This document shows, piece after piece, positions 33,241-38,953 of a stretch of 38,953 nt of DNA; position 1 is the stretch's first letter, and each line of letters starts with the position of its first letter. Location of the stretch: assembly GCA_049318665.1 (NCBI GenBank), contig JBMOFX010000001.1:1-38953 (forward strand), in the 5' to 3' direction. The notes under the pieces were generated by a model, which saw nothing but the letters and a program-made list of their open reading frames with translations, ran no database searches and was not told the origin of the DNA. Position numbers and translations under genes: made by a program. This DNA comes from Ilumatobacteraceae bacterium. GTDB lineage: Bacteria > Actinomycetota > Acidimicrobiia > Acidimicrobiales > Ilumatobacteraceae.

Positions 33241-34584
33241 ATGACCGACATCGTCGAGAACAACGAGACGGCGACGCCGCCGGCGATGGCCGACTACGTC
33301 GAGCCGATCTTCGGCGACACTCCGGAAGGCACCCACGTCTGGCAGCGGGTGCCTTACAACCCCGATCACTACGGGCCCGTGAGCGACTTCGCCACCGACT
33401 TCGATCATGCCGACCCGGCGTACAACCCGGACGCACCGACGGTGTGGAAGGAGCTCCGCGAAGGCGGCTGCCCCGTCGCCCACTCCGACCGCTACGGCGG
33501 CATGTGGGTGCCGATCACGCACGACACCGTGCACGAGATCGCGTACGACACGGAGAACTTCACGAGCCGCGCCGTCGTCGTCAGCGTCGGTCGCCCTGGG
33601 GACCTTGCGCTGCCAGCGCCGATCGGTGGTGCACCGCCCATCACGAGCGACCCGCCCTTCCACGCCATGGCCCGCCGCCTCATCCTGCCCGCGTTCGCGC
33701 CGAAGGTCATCGAGCCATGGGAGCCGGAGATCCGCCGTCTGTGCCAGAAGCTGCTCGACCAGATGGGTGATATCACGCCTGGCGAGACGATCATCGACGC
33801 CGCTGTGCAGTACGCCCAGCACATCCCGGTCAACGTGATCGGTCGCATGCTCGGGTTCCCGGAGCAGGACGAGGAACAGTTCCGCAAGTTCGTGCACGAC
33901 GTGCTCGAGCGCATCGCCGAAGAGCCCGGCACCCGCGAGGGCATGGATGACCTCGGCATCTACATCACCGCACAGATCGCCGACCACCGGGCCAACCCGC
34001 GCGACGACCTCACGAGCTACTTGCTCAACGTCGAGATCGACGGCCAGAAGGTGAGCGACGAGATCGCTGGCGGGATGATCATCCTCCTGCTAGTCGCCGG
34101 TATCGACACGACCTGGTCGGCGATCGGCTCCTCGCTCTGGCACCTCGCCCATCACCCGGAGGATCACCAGCGTCTGCTCGACGAGCCCGAGGTGATGACG
34201 TTCGCACTCGAGGAGTTCCTCCGTGCCTACGCCCCGGTCACCATGGCTCGACTGGTCGCGAAGGACAACGACTTCCACGGCTGCCCGATGAAGGCCGACG
34301 ACTGGGTGCTGTTGCCGTTCCCGGCAGCGAACCGCGACCCGATGAAGTTCGAGGACCCGGACACGTTCATCGTCGACCGCCAGGAGAACCGCCACGCTGC
34401 GTTCGGCCTCGGTATCCACCGATGCGTCGGGTCCAACCTGGCTCGGCTCGAGCTGAAGGTCGCCATCGAGGAGTTCATCAAGCGCTTCCCACGCTTCGAG
34501 ATCGCCGGCGACACCCGCTGGAGCGTCGGCCAGATCCGCGGCCCCCGCGAACTCCCCGTCCGCATCCTCGACGTCGCCCACTGA
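33241..34584 (+). CDS. cytochrome P450 monooxygenase
   Basis: Lies in ORF 32329-34584; the likely start is ATG 33241 (MTDIVENNETA). It has the I-helix LLLVAGIDTTW, the ExxR motif EEFLR, and the heme-thiolate loop FGLGIHRCVGSNLA. Confidence 0.92.
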   Translation: MTDIVENNETATPPAMADYVEPIFGDTPEGTHVWQRVPYNPDHYGPVSDFATDFDHADPAYNPDAPTVWKELREGGCPVAHSDRYGGMWVPITHDTVHEIAYDTENFTSRAVVVSVGRPGDLALPAPIGGAPPITSDPPFHAMARRLILPAFAPKVIEPWEPEIRRLCQKLLDQMGDITPGETIIDAAVQYAQHIPVNVIGRMLGFPEQDEEQFRKFVHDVLERIAEEPGTREGMDDLGIYITAQIADHRANPRDDLTSYLLNVEIDGQKVSDEIAGGMIILLLVAGIDTTWSAIGSSLWHLAHHPEDHQRLLDEPEVMTFALEEFLRAYAPVTMARLVAKDNDFHGCPMKADDWVLLPFPAANRDPMKFEDPDTFIVDRQENRHAAFGLGIHRCVGSNLARLELKVAIEEFIKRFPRFEIAGDTRWSVGQIRGPRELPVRILDVAH

Positions 34585-34610
34585 CCCACCGGCCGCACGG
34601 GAGTGCGGCG

Positions 34611-34791
34611 ATGAGCGTTCGGTTCCACCCCCGCCTCACGACGCTCGCAGCGTTCGCGCTCGAGCTGCCGGAGGCTCCCATCGGAGGAGCGCGAGGTCCT
34701 GCTCGATTTCGTCGAGGAGAGCTACCGGGCTGTGGCCACGAAGACGCTCGTGAAACGCCTCGACGCGTCGGGCTCCACTGACACGACGTGA
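34611..34791 (+). pseudogene. decayed remnant of a small MmcQ/YjbR-like gene (internal deletion plus frameshift)
   Basis: Starting at ATG 34611, the frame gives MSVRFHPRLTTLAAFALELPEAP and then Arg-rich nonsense. Another frame, from about 34681, gives SEEREVLLDFVEESYRAVATKTLVKRLDASGSTDTT with a stop at 34789-34791 but no start codon. The two pieces resemble the N- and C-termini of a roughly 115-aa family. This rests on recall of that family only. Confidence 0.35.
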
Positions 34792-34824
34792 CATCTCGTT
34801 GATACGTGTCGACGTGATGTCACG
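34787..34824. repeat. 9-bp inverted repeat with 20-nt spacer
   Basis: CGTGACATC (34787-34795) pairs with GATGTCACG (34816-34824). The 8-mer CGACGTGA also occurs directly repeated at 34784 and 34810. Confidence 0.5.
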
Positions 34825-34988
34825 CCGTGTTGTGGGCTTGGAGGCGACGATGAGAATCGAACTCATGTACAGGGCTTTGCAGGCCCTTGCCTGAACCACT
34901 CGGCCACGTCGCCATGCTCCACAGACCGAGTTGGCCGTGGCGCAGATCGCAACGCTACCGGCCCTCGTCGAAGAACACCCAGACGCCT

Positions 34989-35000
34989 GATCACGTGATC
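34989..35000. promoter_or_regulatory. perfect 12-bp palindrome, candidate operator upstream of the lipoprotein esterase gene
   Basis: GATCACGTGATC ends 30 nt before ATG 35031. It shares the ACGTGAT core with the repeats at 34784-34824. Confidence 0.3.
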
Positions 35001-35030
35001 GGCACCGCGACCGTGGCAACCTGTCGGGCC

Positions 35031-36290
35031 ATGTCGAGCACTTCGTTCTCCCGTCGGCCCATTGCCACCTTCGCCGCACCACTGCTGCTGAGCGCACTCG
35101 TCCTTGCGGCGTGCGCCGGCAGTGACTCGACAACCGACTCCACCGAGGCTCCCACCACCACCGTCGCCACGACGGAGGCACCGACCACATCGGCCGCGGT
35201 CACCACCACCACGGTGTCGATCGAGGAGTTGGCGAACGCCTACGCCGAGCCCGGGCCGTTCCCGATCGGCGTCACCACACTCACGCTCGACAAGGGCAAC
35301 AAGGTCGAGGTCTGGTACCCGGCGCCTGAGGGCACTGCGGTCGGCGACATCACCTACGACGTGCGCGACTTCACCCCCGACGCGATCAAGGCGATTCTCA
35401 CCGGAGACGTGCCCGCGACCTTCACGTTCCAGGGCGCCCGCGACGCCGATGTCGCAGACGGTGCATTCCCCGTCGTGCTGTTCAGCCACGGCTTCACCGG
35501 CATTCGGCTGCAGAGCACGTTCCTCACCTCGCACCTGGCCAGCTGGGGCTTCATCGTGGCGTCACCCGACCACCCGTCACGCGACCTCACCAACGTGCTC
35601 GGCGGCACGGCGAGCGGCGACCGTGACGACTCGGTCGACGATCTGCTGAAGACGCTCGACCTCGTCGAGAGCCAGGGCGCAGATACGACGAGCCGCTTCT
35701 CTGGCCACGTCGACAACGAGCACGTCGTGGCCGTCGGCCACTCGGCCGGTGGCGGGACGATTCTCGGTGCAGCGCTCGACCCTCGCGTCGACGGCTACGT
35801 GTCGATGGCGTCGGGCATCCTGCTCGGCGGGAACGACTCGACGACCAGCACGACGGCCCCGCCGCAGGAGCTCCCCGACACGCCGTCGTTCTTCCTCGCC
35901 GGTGCCGTCGACCAGGTGATCTCGGCGGAGGATCGCACCAGACCGTCGTTCGAACAGGTGCCGACGCCGAGCCGTCTGTGGATCCTCGACGGCGTCGGTC
36001 ACAACGGCTTCGATGACTTCTGCACGTTCGGTAACGGCACCGGCATCATCGGTGTGGCCGAAGCCTCAGGACTCGGCGGTCTGCTCGATGCGCAACCCCA
36101 GCTCCGCAGCCTCGGCGAGGACGGATGCATCCCGCCGGCCGTTCCGGTCGATCAGACCTTCCCGGCCATTCGCCACGCGGTGACGGCGTGGATCCGCAAC
36201 CTTGTGGGCACCGACGCCGAGCCGGTGGGGCTCGGACCCGAGGTTGCCGACGCCTATCCGGTGAAGATCACGATCGAAGAGCGCCCCTGA
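35031..36290 (+). CDS. secreted lipoprotein alpha/beta hydrolase (esterase/lipase, PAF-acetylhydrolase/chlorophyllase-like)
   Basis: Lies in ORF 34887-36290; the likely start is ATG 35031. The signal peptide MSSTSFSRRPIATFAAPLLLSALVLAAC has a lipobox (LAAC, Cys28) and an SRR twin-arginine-like motif. A Thr/Ala/Pro linker follows. The hydrolase core has VVLFSHGFTG, the nucleophile elbow VGHSAGG, and a late DGVGHNGF. Confidence 0.8.
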   Translation: MSSTSFSRRPIATFAAPLLLSALVLAACAGSDSTTDSTEAPTTTVATTEAPTTSAAVTTTTVSIEELANAYAEPGPFPIGVTTLTLDKGNKVEVWYPAPEGTAVGDITYDVRDFTPDAIKAILTGDVPATFTFQGARDADVADGAFPVVLFSHGFTGIRLQSTFLTSHLASWGFIVASPDHPSRDLTNVLGGTASGDRDDSVDDLLKTLDLVESQGADTTSRFSGHVDNEHVVAVGHSAGGGTILGAALDPRVDGYVSMASGILLGGNDSTTSTTAPPQELPDTPSFFLAGAVDQVISAEDRTRPSFEQVPTPSRLWILDGVGHNGFDDFCTFGNGTGIIGVAEASGLGGLLDAQPQLRSLGEDGCIPPAVPVDQTFPAIRHAVTAWIRNLVGTDAEPVGLGPEVADAYPVKITIEERP

Positions 36291-36317
36291 CCGTTCGTTG
36301 ATCGCGGCGGCGCTGGC

Positions 36318-37172
36318 TCAGACGATCGCCGACACCCGTTCGATCGCAACCCGCGCACTCCGTTGACCGGCGCGCACTGCGTCCGGCCAGTCGCTGCCGT
36401 CTGCCCGCGCGACCAGTACACCGGCTGCGAAGGCGTCACCGGCACCCGTCGTGTCACGGACGCCCGCCAGCGGTGGGACCGGCACAACGATCGTCGATGC
36501 ACCGGGCAACATCAGCAACGTCGGCTCGGCTCCCTGCTTGACGATCGCAGCGGCCGACGCGATCGGGCGGAGCGATGCCTCGCCCCCGAGGACGCGCGCC
36601 TCGTCGTCATTGCACAGCAGCAGCGTGGGGCGCAGACCGGCCAGTAGTTCGAGCGTCGCGATGACGCCGTGCTGAGCGATGACCGCCGCCGACGAGGCGT
36701 CGATCGACACGGTGATCTGACGCTCGTGCGCCCACCCGATGAGCGTCGTCGCGGTACCGGCGAGCGACCCGCCGATCAGCGAGTACAGCGGCACGTGCAG
36801 CGCCGTGAGCCCGTCGAGCCACGAGGGGTCCGGAGCGTCGAGGTCGGCGCACGCCGCGCGGTCGGTGAGCATGGTGCGCTCGCCGGCCACATCGACCAGC
36901 ACCACGATCGTGCCGGTACGTCCACCCCGACGAACCACGGGCTCCACACCGGCGTGCGCAAGTTGCGCCACCAGCCAGCCACCAACGGCGTCGTCGCCCA
37001 CCTGCCCGATGAAGCGGGCGAGCCCTCCGGAGTCGACGACGGCCACCGCCATGTTGGCGGCGCTGCCACCGCGCCGCCGGAAGATCTGGGCGCTCGTGTC
37101 GGACGCGATGTTCACCGTCTCGTCGAGCCGGACAGCGATGTCTTCGACCAGATCACCGACCGTACCGATCAT
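36318..37172 (-). CDS. PfkB-family carbohydrate kinase (ribokinase-like)
   Basis: 284 aa. It has the N-terminal block RRGGSAANMA and the PfkB signature 2, VRDTTGAGDAFAAG. Confidence 0.88.
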   Translation of the reverse strand: MIGTVGDLVEDIAVRLDETVNIASDTSAQIFRRRGGSAANMAVAVVDSGGLARFIGQVGDDAVGGWLVAQLAHAGVEPVVRRGGRTGTIVVLVDVAGERTMLTDRAACADLDAPDPSWLDGLTALHVPLYSLIGGSLAGTATTLIGWAHERQITVSIDASSAAVIAQHGVIATLELLAGLRPTLLLCNDDEARVLGGEASLRPIASAAAIVKQGAEPTLLMLPGASTIVVPVPPLAGVRDTTGAGDAFAAGVLVARADGSDWPDAVRAGQRSARVAIERVSAIV

Positions 37173-37254
37173 CGTGCGCCTGCAAGCCCGAACATGCGAC
37201 GACGGTAGTCATCGAGCGCACCCGCGGCGTGTGCATCGTGCGATAGTGGGCGCC

Positions 37255-38953
37255 ATGACAGTCACGGTCGACTCTGCATCGTCCCGGTCAGCGCCCGTCG
37301 TGCGCGCCGATGGCCCCGACAAGGTGACCGGGAGCGGTCGCTACACCGCCGACCTCGGCCTGACCGGCGTGCTCGCCGCGAAGTTCCGCTATGCCGACGT
37401 GACGCACGGTCGGATCACGAGGCTCGACGTGTCGGCGGCGCGATCCATGCCGGGCGTTCTCGCAGTACTCACCCAGGCCGACGTACCCGACGTGCGCTTC
37501 GGGCCATTCGTGCAAGATCGAACGCTGTTCGCGAAGGACGTCGTTCGTTTCGAGGGCGAGATCGTCGCAGCGGTGGCGGCCACGAGCGCGGCGATTGCGC
37601 AACGTGCGGTCGATGCCATCGTCGTCGACTACGAGCCACTGCCGATCGTCACCGATCTCGAGGCCGCCCTGCAGTCCGACGCCACGCTGGTGCACCCCGA
37701 CTGGTCGTCGTACGGCGCGATGGACGCGCTCGTGCGCGACCGCAACGACGCATCGTTCTCATCGATCAGCAAAGGCGATGCCGACGCCGCGATCGCCGGT
37801 GCCGACATCGTCGTGTCGAGCCGCTACGTCGCCGACGCGAGCCACGCCGCGCCGATCGAGCCGCGTGCGATCGTCGCCCAGTGGGAGGGCGACAAGGTGA
37901 CGATCTGGAGCTCGACGCAGGTGCCCTTCGACGCACGCGCCGGCGTATGCGAGACGCTCGAGCTGCCGGCCAACCGCGTGCGGATCATCGTGCCGCACCT
38001 CGGTGGCGGGTTCGGCGGCAAGTGTGGGTTCCACTACGAAGCGCACGTGGCCGCGTTGGCCCGCGCCGCCAAACGTCCGGTCCGACTCGTGTTCTCGCGT
38101 CGCGAGGAGTTCATCGCCCCCGACCGTCGTCGCGAGGGCATGATCGTCGACATCACCACCGGGCTCAGCGCCGATGGCCGGATCGTCGGTCGGCGGGGCC
38201 ACATCGCCATCGACAACGGCGCATACACGGCCGACGCGGGGTTCTTCCCGCAGCTCGCCGCGATGCACATCGCCGGCCCGTACCGGATCCCCGACCTGCA
38301 CGTGGAGGCCAGCCTCGTCTACACGAACCATCAGCCGAGCGGATCGGTGCGTGCGCCCACCGCACCACAGGCGTGCTGGGCGCTCGAGTCGCACACCGAC
38401 GAGCTCGCCAAGGCAGCCGGCCTCGACCCGGTTGGGTTCCGCCGTCTCAACGCGGTCGACTCCGGGGTCGAGGGGCCGGCGGGCCAGACCTACGGTGAGA
38501 TCGGGTTGCAGCAGTGCATTCACCTCGCCACCACCGAGGCTGGCTACGGGCAACCGCTCCCCGATGACGAGGCGATCGGCGTGGCCATCGGTTGGTGGCC
38601 GAGCTTTGCGGTCGCATCAGGCGCCTACGTGAAGATCGACGGCGACGGTTCCGCGCAGATCATCACCGGCGCTCAGGAGTGCGGCACCGGCGCGGTGATG
38701 ACGCTGCGTCAACTCGCGGCCGACGAGCTCGGGATGCGCGCCGAGGACTTCCAACTCGTCTACCAGGACACCTCAGTCGCGCCCTACGACATGGGCGCCA
38801 CCGGTTCGCAGACGCTGTTCAACAACGGGCGTGCCGTGGTGAACGCGGCCGGACAGGTCGCCGAGCAACTCAAGGCGCTGGCCGCCGAGCACCTCGAGGC
38901 CGCAGCCGCCGACATCGTGCTCGCCGACGGCAAGGCGTTCGTGAACGGCACCC
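37255..38953 (+). CDS. xanthine dehydrogenase / aldehyde oxidase family molybdopterin-binding subunit (3' end runs off the window)
   Basis: Absent from the ORF track because there is no stop in the window. My translation from ATG 37255 reads MTVTVDSASSRSAPVVRADGPDKVTGSGRYTADLGLTGVLAAKFRYADVTHGRITRLDV. Downstream lies the family block IIVPHLGGGFGGKCGFHYE (about 37984-38040). A GATAGT hexamer ends 7 nt before the ATG. Confidence 0.88.
   Translation, partial: MTVTVDSASSRSAPVVRADGPDKVTGSGRYTADLGLTGVLAAKFRYADVTHGRITRLDVSAARSMPGVLAVLTQADVPDVRFGPFVQDRTLFAKDVVRFEGEIVAAVAATSAAIAQRAVDAIVVDYEPLPIVTDLEAALQSDATLVHPDWSSYGAMDALVRDRNDASFSSISKGDADAAIAGADIVVSSRYVADASHAAPIEPRAIVAQWEGDKVTIWSSTQVPFDARAGVCETLELPANRVRIIVPHLGGGFGGKCGFHYEAHVAALARAAKRPVRLVFSRREEFIAPDRRREGMIVDITTGLSADGRIVGRRGHIAIDNGAYTADAGFFPQLAAMHIAGPYRIPDLHVEASLVYTNHQPSGSVRAPTAPQACWALESHTDELAKAAGLDPVGFRRLNAVDSGVEGPAGQTYGEIGLQQCIHLATTEAGYGQPLPDDEAIGVAIGWWPSFAVASGAYVKIDGDGSAQIITGAQECGTGAVMTLRQLAADELGMRAEDFQLVYQDTSVAPYDMGATGSQTLFNNGRAVVNAAGQVAEQLKALAAEHLEAAAADIVLADGKAFVNGT

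Noticed and set aside
1681-34584. N-terminal extensions of maximal ORFs in the track (1681-2931, 2464-4338, 4376-5914, 9100-10131, 10040-10912, 10933-11967, 11650-12990, 13311-15092, 21295-22530, 25360-26154, 26770-28443, 29689-30456, 30119-31372, 30604-31698, 32326-33216, 32329-34584, 34887-36290)
   Set aside because: In each case the extension overlaps the neighbouring gene or the divergent promoter, is Arg/Pro/Gly-rich, and precedes a family-typical N-terminus at an internal ATG or GTG. I therefore used the shorter starts.
34636-35190. 184-aa minus-strand ORF (and its 76-aa ATG-initiated core, 34636-34866) in the P450/esterase gap
   Set aside because: The translation is Trp/Arg-rich and low-complexity. 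Its best-looking part is simply the antisense of the plus-strand SEEREVLLDFVEESYRAVATK remnant. It also overlaps the esterase signal-peptide region.
1-38953. Scan for defence systems, toxin-antitoxin pairs, prophage or integrative elements, tRNA, rRNA or riboswitches
   Set aside because: I found no nuclease/helicase/methylase defence architectures, no small adjacent TA-like pairs, and no integrase, transposase or terminal repeats. There are no tRNA-like cloverleaf regions and no known riboswitch cores recognisable by eye. The intergenic regions are mostly under 100 bp.

Overview
Very GC-rich, gene-dense window (about 37 genes, both strands, many 1-8 nt start/stop overlaps) that looks like an Actinomycetota chromosome: F420-type LLM oxidoreductase, menaquinone genes, SHOCT/DUF-type small proteins and many leaderless-looking starts. 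A finer taxonomic call cannot be made from sequence alone. Left to right: a lipid/acyl-CoA block (two AMP-ligases, MaoC dehydratase, LLM oxidoreductase, amidase); a menaquinone cluster (menG, menF, menD, menH, menA, menE) with a cytoplasmic FrnE/DsbA-like gene inserted; SDR+MFS; the phoH-ybeY-CNNM operon; a 10-TM GGDEF-EAL protein; a leaderless three-gene operon (BBOX/TauD-type dioxygenase, PhnZ/TmpB-type HD oxygenase, homocysteine S-methyltransferase); an acyl-CoA dehydrogenase; a translationally coupled SulP-HAD-Na+/H+ antiporter operon flanked by two SHOCT genes, one paired with a DUF6325-like gene; a PCD-VOC/SDR/FGE operon divergent from ferredoxin-P450; a decayed gene remnant with palindromes; a lipoprotein esterase; a PfkB kinase; and a truncated molybdopterin oxidoreductase. 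I found no rRNA, tRNA, CRISPR, transposase, integrase or recognisable defence genes. The best candidates for under-described biology are the oxidative phosphonate-type pair coupled to a betaine-type methyltransferase, and the uncharacterised DUF6325-like/SHOCT module next to the ion-transport operon. All family assignments rest on motif recognition by eye and need HMM or BLAST confirmation.
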